A stretch of 64,000 nucleotides of DNA from Candidatus Methanomethylophilaceae archaeon. GTDB taxonomy: Archaea; Thermoplasmatota; Thermoplasmata; Methanomassiliicoccales; Methanomethylophilaceae. The notes beneath the pieces are model-generated. The model did not search any database and was not told the origin of the DNA. It saw only the letters and a list, made by a program, of their open reading frames with translations. The position numbers and the translations under genes are program-made. Positions 19,938 through 29,621 of this stretch are shown here, piece after piece. Where the stretch lies: NCBI GenBank assembly GCA_944320495.1, contig CALUHR010000009.1, positions 79,645 through 143,644 on the forward strand. Reading direction: 5' to 3'. How positions within the stretch are numbered: the stretch's first letter is position 1; every line of letters starts with the position of its first letter.

Positions 19938-21101
19938 ATGCCGTCCTACAAGCAGCATGACACGGAAGCCATGGTCTTCAGGGAGTACGCAAGGCCGCTC
20001 TGCGGCAGCAGGTTCAATCCCATCTACGGGGAGCCGGAACTCCTGTACTCGATGATGATGGGCCTCGCACTGAGGGCGAACCTCGACACCATCGAGACGG
20101 TGGATGCCTCCGAGAAGAAGCACAAGGTCAACTGCAACGCTGAGAGGTACTCTGCGATATGCAAGAATGTTGCACTTGACCTCTCCGGTAAGTCGAGGAC
20201 CGGAAACGCCCTGTCTGCCCTGAACAGTCACATCACCGACACGTTCCCATATCTCATCTCCTTCCTCCCCCGTTTGGTGAGGGCGTCGATCGGTGTCGAA
20301 CCAGCGGATTCCTGCAGTCACAAGGTGCTCATCGACCGCATCATGGACCGTGACCCACACCTCTTCAGGATGATGCCGGGGGACCTTGCCCACACTGACG
20401 TATCCCCCGACGGGATGGGGATCTGCGACTACGTCAGGAGCCCGATGTTCCGCAGACTGAGGGAGAACTCGGTCCTCTCGATCGCATTCGACAGACGTCT
20501 CGTCCAGATCCCAGACATGCCTGCCGACCACGGCAAGTTCACGCTCAGGTCCGATCTGGAGGACGCCATCGCGATGGGGGCCATCGTCTCCGGATGCATG
20601 GATGTCGGCGACTCGACATCGGACAAGATCCGCGGGAGGTCCATGTCCATCATCACCGACTCCGGCCGTCTCGCATCGATGATGATCCCTGACGGGTTCG
20701 CCGCAGGGGTCCGTCACGACATCGCGGTGGTCGGGCGCATGGACACCGTACCCGGAGGTGTGATCGGGAGGGGGAGGCGCATCTCAAGGTTCTGCACCGA
20801 GTACAGCATCGAAGGAGGTGCCGTCCTCCGTGAGTTCAACGTGTCACCGGAGAACGCGACGATCGTCAGGAGGGCGATGGGCGACGGTGCCGTGATCGTC
20901 ACTGCCAGGGAGATGTCCGGGCTGGATGCGGACATCGTGAGCGCTCTGGGACCGTCCTACAGGCAGGCCCTGACCACGATGGAGGCAGTCGACATACACC
21001 TGATGAGGGGCGATCGCTCCGATGCGGACAGGGTCCTGGTGCCCAGAATCTCCGAAGCGTTCGGAATCCGTGCGAAGGAGGCTGAGGGATGGAGCCTCTG
21101 A
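19938..21101 (+). CDS. Hypothetical protein (387 aa)
   Basis: ATG 19938 downstream of TATA-like TATATAAAA; 3' end overlaps the TBP-like gene by 13 nt; no family recognised. Confidence 0.65.
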   Translation: MPSYKQHDTEAMVFREYARPLCGSRFNPIYGEPELLYSMMMGLALRANLDTIETVDASEKKHKVNCNAERYSAICKNVALDLSGKSRTGNALSALNSHITDTFPYLISFLPRLVRASIGVEPADSCSHKVLIDRIMDRDPHLFRMMPGDLAHTDVSPDGMGICDYVRSPMFRRLRENSVLSIAFDRRLVQIPDMPADHGKFTLRSDLEDAIAMGAIVSGCMDVGDSTSDKIRGRSMSIITDSGRLASMMIPDGFAAGVRHDIAVVGRMDTVPGGVIGRGRRISRFCTEYSIEGGAVLREFNVSPENATIVRRAMGDGAVIVTAREMSGLDADIVSALGPSYRQALTTMEAVDIHLMRGDRSDADRVLVPRISEAFGIRAKEAEGWSL

Positions 21102-21601
21102 GCGTCACATACTTCGCATCCGGACGTCTCTCCCGCAGGGTGGACATCGGTGTCCTGGAGATGTACGCCTGCTTCGAGACCGTCCTCAGGCCGAGATGTG
21201 CCGTCGCACGGTTCGACGAGGGGAGCATACGCGTGAACGCCTCCGGCTCCGTCTCGGTGTCGGCCGCTTCCGTCGAGGATGTCGAAGGCATCCTGGGATG
21301 GGCGGAGGACGCCCTCTCCCGGGTCCTCGGTCCGACGGAGGTCGTATCGTGGGAAGTGACCAACGTATCGGCCGTCTCGTCGCTGGGAAGGAGGGTGGAC
21401 CTCATGGAGGTACACAGGGGACTCCCCCGCGGGGTATCGGACTACGATCCTGAGTACCATCCGGCGCTAGTCGTCAGGATGGGGGACGGCCTGGTGGCCA
21501 GCGTCTACTCCAACGGTTCAGTCTCGATCACGGGCGGGAGGTCGTTGGAAGACATCCAAAAGGGATTGGACGGATTGGAGAGAATCGTCTCCACTCTCTA
21601 A
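21089..21601 (+). CDS. Divergent TATA-binding protein paralog
   Basis: Two-repeat TBP architecture; repeat 2 reads NVSAVSSLGRRVDL...DYDPEYHPALVVRM...SVYSNGSVSITGGRSLED; repeat 1 degenerate. Confidence 0.75.
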   Translation: MEPLSVTYFASGRLSRRVDIGVLEMYACFETVLRPRCAVARFDEGSIRVNASGSVSVSAASVEDVEGILGWAEDALSRVLGPTEVVSWEVTNVSAVSSLGRRVDLMEVHRGLPRGVSDYDPEYHPALVVRMGDGLVASVYSNGSVSITGGRSLEDIQKGLDGLERIVSTL

Positions 21602-21631
21602 TCTCTTAAATTCCAAGGAGCATCCTCTCTC

Positions 21632-24502
21632 ATGGCCTACAGGGGATCCGACGTGACGTTGCGTCGGACATTGACGCGGCTTCTCTCGGAGATGGAACCC
21701 AGGAGCGTTATGGGTGACAAGGTGGACCTCCCTGTCATGACGCTGGAGGAACTCGTCGATTACGACGGCGAGTTACGCAGGGTGGGGACGGAGATGCTGA
21801 GGAATGCTCCCCAGGATATCGGCCTGCTTCGTCTCCTCGTCAGGATCGCCATCATCTCACCTCCTAGCGATTATGATGAGGCCATCCATCAGGCGGCGTC
21901 GAACATGGCGGACAGCGATTCCCTGGCGTGGACCTACGCCTGTGGTATCGGGACCGAATCCGACGATGTCAAAGCCATCCGTCTCTTACGGTCGAATAAG
22001 GACCTGTCCGCACTGTATTCAGGAATCTGGAACAACTGCGACCTGATCGAGAAGCACTCATTCATCCGCAACCGCATCGATATGCCGGACGGAAAGGTCC
22101 GGGTAGAGGACCTATTCTCGGCCTACATCAATTCGGACGTCGTATTGGACAGACTGGTTTACCGGATGGGGATCATGTCATGTCTGACGTCTCACGGGGA
22201 TCTCGATACGGCTTTCAGAGCGGTATCACTTGTCGAGAGGCTCCACATCGAAGACACGGACCTGTTGATGAACATCATTGAATCCATACATCCGGTGACA
22301 TACGGTCTGCGGGAAGCGACTTACCTGGACGATGAGGAGGTGTTCAAACTCTGCACATTGGAGGATTTCGAAAGGGAACATTCGGCAGAATGGGCTGTAT
22401 CCACCCTCTCGTCGTGCGGATATCTGAACAAACCTTCGCCGTTCATCGCCATAGGACTTCTCAACTCGGACCTGACGGATGCCCAGATGGAACGCATAAC
22501 GTCGGCTCTGTACTTCTGTCCGGAGAAGGTGGTGATCCAGTGGCTCGACGACGGAGCGGACCCTTTGGGGCCCACATTGACCAAAGAACGCAGAAGTCTG
22601 GATCCGGAGCCAATGGATTCCCGCTCGGCAAATAGCTCGGATGAGGAGTATGTCGAATGCATATTGGACTCCAGCAATTTAGAACTGTATTATCAAAACA
22701 TTCCAGACATATTGGTGAATGCGGAGGGACGGTTCTTTGACGAATATCCCGGCGCCGATAGATCCGATGATGTGGCAGATGAGGATGGAGGGGATTCATC
22801 ACTCCGCGAGGATGAGGAGTATGTCGAATGCATATTGGACTCCAGCAATTCAGAACTGTACTGTCAAAACATTCCAGACGAACTTGTGGACGAGGAGAGG
22901 TTCCTTGACGAATATCCCGACGTCGATGGATCCGATGATGTGGCAGATGAGGATGGAGGGGATTCATCACTCCGCGAGGAGGAACTCAGGGAGGCGTATT
23001 CCGGGGATCCGATAGCTCAGTTCAATGTCGGGGTGACATCCTTGGAGGATTCGAGGTTCGATGATGCCAAGGCATGGTTCGTGATCTCATCGATACAGGA
23101 TGTGTCCGACGCACAGTTCAATCTTGCTCTGATGTATCTGGAGGGGAAAGGTATCGATGCCGATCCGAGACGCGGTGTAGGATGGATGATGGATTCGGCA
23201 CTGGGTGGGGACGTGGGCTCGTGCTCCTATCTTGGCTATCTCTACCGCGAGGATGACAGTGTGGAGGACGTTGATGGATTGACGAAATCCGATCGTTTTT
23301 CCGCAATATGGAATTGGATCGCCGCATCATACGGTGATTCGAACGCCAGTTTCAATCTCGCGGTCATGTACGAGTTCGGACTTGGGCTGGAGCAGTCCAT
23401 GGACAAAGCTGTCACCTGGTACAGGAAGGCGATATCCGATGATGTCCCCGAGGCCATGTACAATCTGGGCAACATCTACTATCTGGGGAAAGGCGTCACA
23501 CAATCCGATGAACGGGCCAGAGCTCTATACGCGAGAGCATCAAGGTTTGGCGATGTTGATGCCATGTGCAATCTGGCATCAATGGTATGGATGTCTCGTA
23601 CAGGTCCTAAAGACGAGGAGAAGGCGATTTCCCTATTCGAGAAGGCCGGAGAAATGGGCTCTGGTCTGGCCTTTCACAACCTGGGCTCGATCTACGACAG
23701 CGAAAGCGAACTGCATCATTCCAAAGAGCGTGCTGTCCAGTTCTATTTGAAGGCCATCGAACTGGGCGAGATCAATTCGATGATCAATCTGGGGATAATG
23801 TACGAACATGGTGACGGGGTGGAGGTGGACCTGTACAAAGCAGCCGATCTGTACAGAAGGGTTGCTGATGAAGGGGGTCCGGAATGCAACGACTGCAGGA
23901 GGCATCTCGCGTTCATGTATATGAGGGGGGATGGGGTGAACCAATCCACCGAGGACTGTATACGCCTGTTCGAAGAGGCCGCGGCCTTGGGTGACGAGAG
24001 GGCGATGTACAATCTCGGTGCGATATACGACAACGGGGACATCGTCGAGGAATCCATCGATACTGCGATCGAGTGGTACGAGAAGGCAATGGAGAACGGG
24101 AGCCCAGATGCGGCCAGTGTATTGGGCGACATATATCTCGAAGGCGATGGTGTGGATGAATCAGAGGACGCCGCGAACAGATTCTACGACAAAGCCAGAG
24201 AGCTGGAGATCGCAGAGACGTTCTACAAACTGGGGAACAGGTCCAGGTCAGAACGCGATATGGATTCCGCCGAACGGTACTATCGCGTATCAGCATCCAA
24301 GGGAAACAAGAGCGCGATCCGCGCACTGGAGGACCTGGGGATCACTTGGAATCAGGATCATGTTCCGTCGGAAGCAGATATGCCTCCGGATGCGATCGAT
24401 GATGCCGACCAGGCCGTTGAGATCGTTCAGAGGCCGGTGATCGCGTCATCCATGATGGTTGTAAGACCCACCCTCAGACTGCATGGGAGGATATCCGCAT
24501 GA
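21632..24502 (+). CDS. Sel1-like repeat protein with unknown N-terminal domain and acidic duplicated linker
   Basis: ~9 repeats of A.FNL..MY..G.G....D...A..WY..A in the C-terminal half. Confidence 0.85.
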   Translation: MAYRGSDVTLRRTLTRLLSEMEPRSVMGDKVDLPVMTLEELVDYDGELRRVGTEMLRNAPQDIGLLRLLVRIAIISPPSDYDEAIHQAASNMADSDSLAWTYACGIGTESDDVKAIRLLRSNKDLSALYSGIWNNCDLIEKHSFIRNRIDMPDGKVRVEDLFSAYINSDVVLDRLVYRMGIMSCLTSHGDLDTAFRAVSLVERLHIEDTDLLMNIIESIHPVTYGLREATYLDDEEVFKLCTLEDFEREHSAEWAVSTLSSCGYLNKPSPFIAIGLLNSDLTDAQMERITSALYFCPEKVVIQWLDDGADPLGPTLTKERRSLDPEPMDSRSANSSDEEYVECILDSSNLELYYQNIPDILVNAEGRFFDEYPGADRSDDVADEDGGDSSLREDEEYVECILDSSNSELYCQNIPDELVDEERFLDEYPDVDGSDDVADEDGGDSSLREEELREAYSGDPIAQFNVGVTSLEDSRFDDAKAWFVISSIQDVSDAQFNLALMYLEGKGIDADPRRGVGWMMDSALGGDVGSCSYLGYLYREDDSVEDVDGLTKSDRFSAIWNWIAASYGDSNASFNLAVMYEFGLGLEQSMDKAVTWYRKAISDDVPEAMYNLGNIYYLGKGVTQSDERARALYARASRFGDVDAMCNLASMVWMSRTGPKDEEKAISLFEKAGEMGSGLAFHNLGSIYDSESELHHSKERAVQFYLKAIELGEINSMINLGIMYEHGDGVEVDLYKAADLYRRVADEGGPECNDCRRHLAFMYMRGDGVNQSTEDCIRLFEEAAALGDERAMYNLGAIYDNGDIVEESIDTAIEWYEKAMENGSPDAASVLGDIYLEGDGVDESEDAANRFYDKARELEIAETFYKLGNRSRSERDMDSAERYYRVSASKGNKSAIRALEDLGITWNQDHVPSEADMPPDAIDDADQAVEIVQRPVIASSMMVVRPTLRLHGRISA
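22640..22978 (+). repeat. In-frame tandem duplication (171 + 168 nt) in the Sel1 gene
   Basis: Copies start at 22640 and 22811 (GATGAGGAGTATGTCGAATGC...) and both end GATTCATCACTCCGCGAG. Confidence 0.9.
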
Positions 24503-24579
24503 GATCCTCCAAGGAGAGATGTTGTGGACGCTCAATCGGCATCATCTATTCGATACTATACAGCGATATAGGGGGTGGG

Positions 24580-25677
24580 ATGGACTCGAGAGGAAAAAGG
24601 GAGGTGCTGGAGGGACTTTATGGCCCGATGTCCAGATCCATCAGGAAAATGCGGGGGCTCAGACCGGGCAAAGGGACAGTGGAGCTCCTCGATTTGCCGA
24701 TGCTGACATTCCTCCAGTGGATCAAGGATTACGGCAACTGCAGTGCGGAATGCAGGATCATCCCAAGCAACGACAAGTACGGACTTGCGGCGACGTTCGA
24801 AGACATCCAGGTCGATGTTGGGAACTTCAGGAGAAGGGGACAGGCATATGATGACGATCAACCTGAGGATGACATCCTCCTTCCAGTATTCGTCGGTGAC
24901 GAACTCCAACGCTTCTTGAAAGATGACGACGGCCTCCGGTGCCCGGTCCTGCATGGCCATCCGATGTGCATCGTGGACTTCAGTCAGCTGTTGCCTTACC
25001 GTTTCACTGAGGATGCGAAGTCCGGCATATCGCCTCACACCCTTGAACCAGGGACCATTTGGATGAGGGCAGAGAGCATCCTGGAAAAGACCCTGAGTCT
25101 CATATGGCTGACATCAATGATCGATTTCGATGGAGACCGGGAGTTGCTAAGACTGGGATGCCCCGTATTGTCATCAAATCCGCCCCCTCCGAAGCAATAC
25201 GATGTGGAATCCAAGGTGGTGATAATATTCGGGTCCATAGGTAGCTTGGATTCCGAGTACTACAACCTGAAAGGTAATGACAAGTTCGGTCATCTGGATG
25301 CTAACGGACTGAACAACACATACGTCTTCGAACATGATGGCATGCACATCCGTCATTACAGGGTCCTGAGCGACGATCCCCGGAATTTGAATAGTCATGA
25401 TCTCAACGGGAGCATCGGAGAGAGGGTCCTACCAAATATGCTGAAAGATGCCAGAGACACCGATGAGATCGGTGTGAAGAGAACAGTCGTCGTCATAGGC
25501 CGCACGGACGTCGAGGTTGCGCTGTGGATCATGAAGCAATGCGATTCCCTGGGGCTGACATACGATACGGCACGTAATCTGGACGAGGGAGGCAAAATGA
25601 GCCTGTTCTTCCTCAAGTGCTCTCAACTCTTCGAGAGGGAGAGATCGCTCTCCGGAGTCGATGGTCCGACCCTTCGA
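24580..25677 (+). CDS. Hypothetical protein
   Basis: ATG 24580 after GGGGGTGGG; ends CTT CGA TGA (TGA at 25678-25680). Confidence 0.6.
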
Positions 25678-26882
25678 TGACCTTCGATCAGACCATCGAA
25701 GAAATCTGTTATCGCAAGATCGAGCTCCTCGGATCTCGGGTGCACACTGGATCCCGTGATGTCCCTCAGGATGTAGGAGGGGCCCGCTCTGATGGTCACA
25801 TAGATCTCGTACGTCCTCGCGAACACCTCAGAAGGGGAGAGGTAGTACCACAGGTTCGGGTCGCTGACGAGTCTAGGGAGCACGTCCTTCGAATACAGCG
25901 TCTTCACAGGGATGAATGAAGACGATGTCGATGGCCTGTTCATGAAGAAGTCCATTGCATGTCCGTACTCGTGGACCAGCACGTCCGGCCTGGATGTGTT
26001 GACCAGGACGTCCCTCAGCCTCCCGTTGAACTGCCCGATGAAATCTGTTCTGGAGAACCTTCTGACCCTCAGATGGAGGTCCGCCCAGGCAGGGGGCCTC
26101 GGCAGCACATCCATCGCCTCGAGCCCGATGATGCCCTCGGCCAAAGACCTGATCTCCGCGGAAGAGACCCTGGGGTCCACATCCAGACCCGTGAAGAATC
26201 CGTTCAGTTCCGTCTCATTCAGAAGATTCGTTCCGCGTTCATCTGAGCGGATGTCGCAGTAGGGGCGCATGGAGGCGGGAACATCCCTCAGGAGTCCTCT
26301 CGCACGGCAGTATGCCCTCATCGCGGTGAACAGGAATGCGAACCTGTTCTTCCAGAGGCCGAACGGTCTGACGGTGCCATCTAAGGTGAAGACCCTCCCG
26401 GTCATGTCGTCTGCGGCATCCGAGAAGTATCCGATCTCGCGGGCGGTCCTGGAATCCGACGTGCGGGACATCTCGAGGATGTCGCGCTGCAGTGCCAGCA
26501 GTCCCATTTCAGATGCTATGAGCCCAGGATCAGCCAGTATGCGGTCCCCTTCGGTAGTGTGCACCGCCCTCCCATGGAGATCGGGGCCGATGGGCACATC
26601 CGGGACCAGGAAGATGATGCCGCCATCGGACATCATGAAAAGCAACCTGAGTACGATCCCGGGGCGGACGTCATCCCGCTCGATGATGCGGAGGACAGCT
26701 GACCGTTCGAGAGACAGGCATTCCGGCTCGGTAGACAGTTCGAGGCCGAACGCATCCCGCATTCTGGAAGACAGTGCCAGCAGATCCGAGGCGTACGGCG
26801 GGAACCCTGCAGCGGCCCATGTCTCGGCCAACGCCTTGAGTCTGGCGGTCGCGTCTTCGAAGTCATCCATGTCGCATCCCAT
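25674..26882 (-). CDS. LPD1-like zincin metallopeptidase domain protein
   Basis: VLVHEYGHAMD and WYYLSPSEVFARTYEIYV; ends ...LIEGH-CGA (25676-25674); standard-code end 25623. Confidence 0.7.
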
Positions 26883-26971
26883 GAATCCTCCCTCCCACCG
26901 ATGATGGGAACCTCATCCCGTTTCCGTAACGGAGGCTGGTCATATGCTATGGTCCGTCCGAGGCTGATGAT

Positions 26972-27451
26972 ATGAAAGACAGCAAGGACAGGGTCAGGAA
27001 GATGCTCCAGAAGCAGAATGCCAGAATCAAGGAGGAGACGGAGGACACCATCAAGTTCATCCCCGATCTCAACGAGGGGTTCTGTCCTCCCGTCATGGTC
27101 CGCATCTGGGACGACCATGTGATGTTCATCACCGAGCTCAAACCAGATGTTCCAGAGAAGGCGAGGCAGAAGGTCTCCGGACTGGTGCATGACTTCAACA
27201 AGCGTAACTCAGAGGGGGTGCTGGACTACGACATGGAGGATGGCCAGGTATGGGTCAGGACCTGGGAGCGTGTGGGAAACGGCCGCAGATTCGGGCCGAA
27301 GGACCTCGAGTACCATATCCGCCTGGCCAGGGAAATCTCGTCCTCGGTGACGCCGAAGATATTCGTGGCATGCTCGGGCATCGATGCCGACCCGGATGAG
27401 AACGGGGGATGCACCCCTGGAGGGGACGATCCGTCCGTCATGTACGGACGA
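26972..27451 (+). CDS. YbjN / T3SS-chaperone-like domain protein
   Basis: Pattern ...LVHDFNKRNSEGVLDYDMEDGQVWVR...; the single in-frame CGA (27449-27451) follows the domain; fused to the next gene under the standard code. Confidence 0.5.
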
Positions 27452-27478
27452 ATCCAGGGGGATGCCTCCGAGAGTTTC

Positions 27479-28918
27479 ATGAAAGGCAATCCTGGAGGCG
27501 GGATCCCCCTCCGTTTCTGCAACGGGAGGCCAGTTTTCGACGGTTCCCCGTACCATGGGCTGATCATAGGGTCGACAGGAGCCGGGAAGACGCACTGTCT
27601 CATCATCCCGGCATGCCTCTCCATGGCCTGGAACGGGGAGTCGTTCATGGTCGAGGACCCGAAGGGCGAGATCGAGGGGATTCTCGGGGGCGAGCTCAGA
27701 AGGCTCGGTTACGAGATCCACACCCTGGATGCCCGTGACCCGTACTCAAGCGACAGGGTAGGTTTCCTTTCCGAGATCTACGACAAGTACCGGTCGGAGG
27801 ACCGCTTGGAGAGGGACATGGTGCCCAGGTTACTGGAGGACATGGCGCTGGTCCTCATGGACAACGGGAACCCGGACGACAAATACTGGGTGGACATGGC
27901 GGCCCATCTCTTCGTGGGATGCGCACAGCTCCTCCTCAGGAGATGCTCTCGCGAGGAGTTCACCCTTGGCAACATCTATTCTCTGAAGACCGTGTTCGAA
28001 AACAACGAGCGTCTCACGAAGATGCTCCTGGAGTCCTTGCCCTCCGACGCCCCGGAGCGGAGGAACATCTCGGGCACAGTCATCAATGCCGACAACACAA
28101 GGAGGTGCATCCTATCATTCTTCGACAGGGGGCTGCTGCCTTACATATCGAACCCGGGTGTGTGCTCCATGTTCTCCAACGGGGATTTCTCGGCCTCCGA
28201 TGCCGGATTCAGATCGATGGCGGTGTTCCTCAGGATCCCGGATGAGAGCAGGACGTTCGACGGGATCGTATCGCTGTATGTGAGCATGGTCTACACGGAG
28301 ATGATCAGGAGGGCGCATGCGGAAGGCGGAGGAAAGCTGCCCGTCAGGATGAACTTCATCCTCGACGAGCTGGCCAATCTGCCGATGATCCCCGATCTGG
28401 ACAAGAGGATCTGCATCTCGAGGAGCCGCAACATACGCTTCATGCTGGTCCTCCAGAGCAAGAGGCAGCTGGAGGCCAGGTACGGTCCCGCGGCCATGGA
28501 CATCGTGGTGAACAATTGCGGGAACATAGTCTGCATGGCGAACAGGGACCTCTCACTCCTGAAGGAGATCTGCGAGATGGCGGGGGTCGACGGTGTGACC
28601 CCGAGGTCCATCTCCCGCATGCCTCCCGGAAGGGCTCTGATCATCCATGGAGGGGATGAGCCGTACGTGACGGATCTCCCGACATGGGAGGCCTACGGCA
28701 TCGTCCCCGGTGAAGGGGTTGCCAGGCCCAGGAGGGATCCGGACCCGGAGGGATGCTTCGATGCAGAGGACTACATCTTCGGTCTCGTCGGAGTCTTCGA
28801 GGAGATGGAGGAGGAAGAGGATGATGACGAGCCGGAGGTGTCGTTCGCTTGGATGAGGGACAACCTGCGGAATATCATTCACGATGCCCTTGTCAACGAT
28901 GACGAGGAGGATGACTGA
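27479..28918 (+). CDS. Soluble VirD4/TraG-like coupling ATPase
   Basis: HGLIIGSTGAGKT, VEDPKGE, FILDELANL, SRSRNIRFMLVLQSKRQL..RYG; no TM anchor; acidic tail. Confidence 0.85.
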   Translation: MKGNPGGGIPLRFCNGRPVFDGSPYHGLIIGSTGAGKTHCLIIPACLSMAWNGESFMVEDPKGEIEGILGGELRRLGYEIHTLDARDPYSSDRVGFLSEIYDKYRSEDRLERDMVPRLLEDMALVLMDNGNPDDKYWVDMAAHLFVGCAQLLLRRCSREEFTLGNIYSLKTVFENNERLTKMLLESLPSDAPERRNISGTVINADNTRRCILSFFDRGLLPYISNPGVCSMFSNGDFSASDAGFRSMAVFLRIPDESRTFDGIVSLYVSMVYTEMIRRAHAEGGGKLPVRMNFILDELANLPMIPDLDKRICISRSRNIRFMLVLQSKRQLEARYGPAAMDIVVNNCGNIVCMANRDLSLLKEICEMAGVDGVTPRSISRMPPGRALIIHGGDEPYVTDLPTWEAYGIVPGEGVARPRRDPDPEGCFDAEDYIFGLVGVFEEMEEEEDDDEPEVSFAWMRDNLRNIIHDALVNDDEEDD

Positions 28919-29018
28919 ATCGGAAACGGCGCCGTGTTTCCTAAAACGGCGCCCGATCCCCGTCTATGGGGTATCACGGCGAAAATGAGCCGCAACGAAA
29001 AGAAAGGAGATCCCCAAG

Positions 29019-29621
29019 ATGGCTAGCAGAAGCAAGCGCAACGGAAACAGGAGACAGAACCGCAGAAAGAGCGGACGCGGGGGAGGATGCTCCCCCGACA
29101 TGTACCAGAGAGGGCTCGACGAGATCAAGGCGATGATGGTGAGCAGCTTCACAGACATCCGCGAGACGATCGGCTCCGCTGGAAACAGCTCCGGAGGAGT
29201 GGTGACCGTCGAGGAGGAAATCATCCGCCGCCTCATCGGAATCGAGAGGAAGATGGACTGCCACAGGGATGACGCAGCCGCAGGGGCAGTGCGCGGAGAG
29301 GTCCTGAAGGTCGCAGAGATGGTCGAGAGGGCGTACCCTCTCCTCGATGCGATCGGAGGCGACCCCGAGACCGACAGGAAGATCGCCATGAACACTGCCC
29401 TGATGCTCCGCAACTCCGTAAGGAGGATGGGGGTCGAATCCAGGGGATGCTCTGCCGGCGACGCATTCGACCCCTCCATGATGGAGGCGGTATCCGTCAT
29501 CGACACCGACGACGAGGCCCTCGAGGGCAGGGTCGCGGACGTCGTCACCAGTGCCGCCTACTGGCTGGACGGGGAGCTCATCATGCCTCAGGCCGTGTCC
29601 GTCTACAGGAGGTGCCAGTGA
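29019..29621 (+). CDS. GrpE-like nucleotide exchange factor paralog
   Basis: GDAFDPSMMEAV...V...Y.LDGELIMPQAVSV C-terminal GrpE signature; Arg-rich N-terminus. Confidence 0.75.
   Translation: MASRSKRNGNRRQNRRKSGRGGGCSPDMYQRGLDEIKAMMVSSFTDIRETIGSAGNSSGGVVTVEEEIIRRLIGIERKMDCHRDDAAAGAVRGEVLKVAEMVERAYPLLDAIGGDPETDRKIAMNTALMLRNSVRRMGVESRGCSAGDAFDPSMMEAVSVIDTDDEALEGRVADVVTSAAYWLDGELIMPQAVSVYRRCQ

Noticed and set aside
26972-28918. Functional conjugative element (ICE)
   Set aside because: No relaxase, VirB4, mating-pair genes or integrase in the window, and the VirD4-like protein lacks TM anchors.
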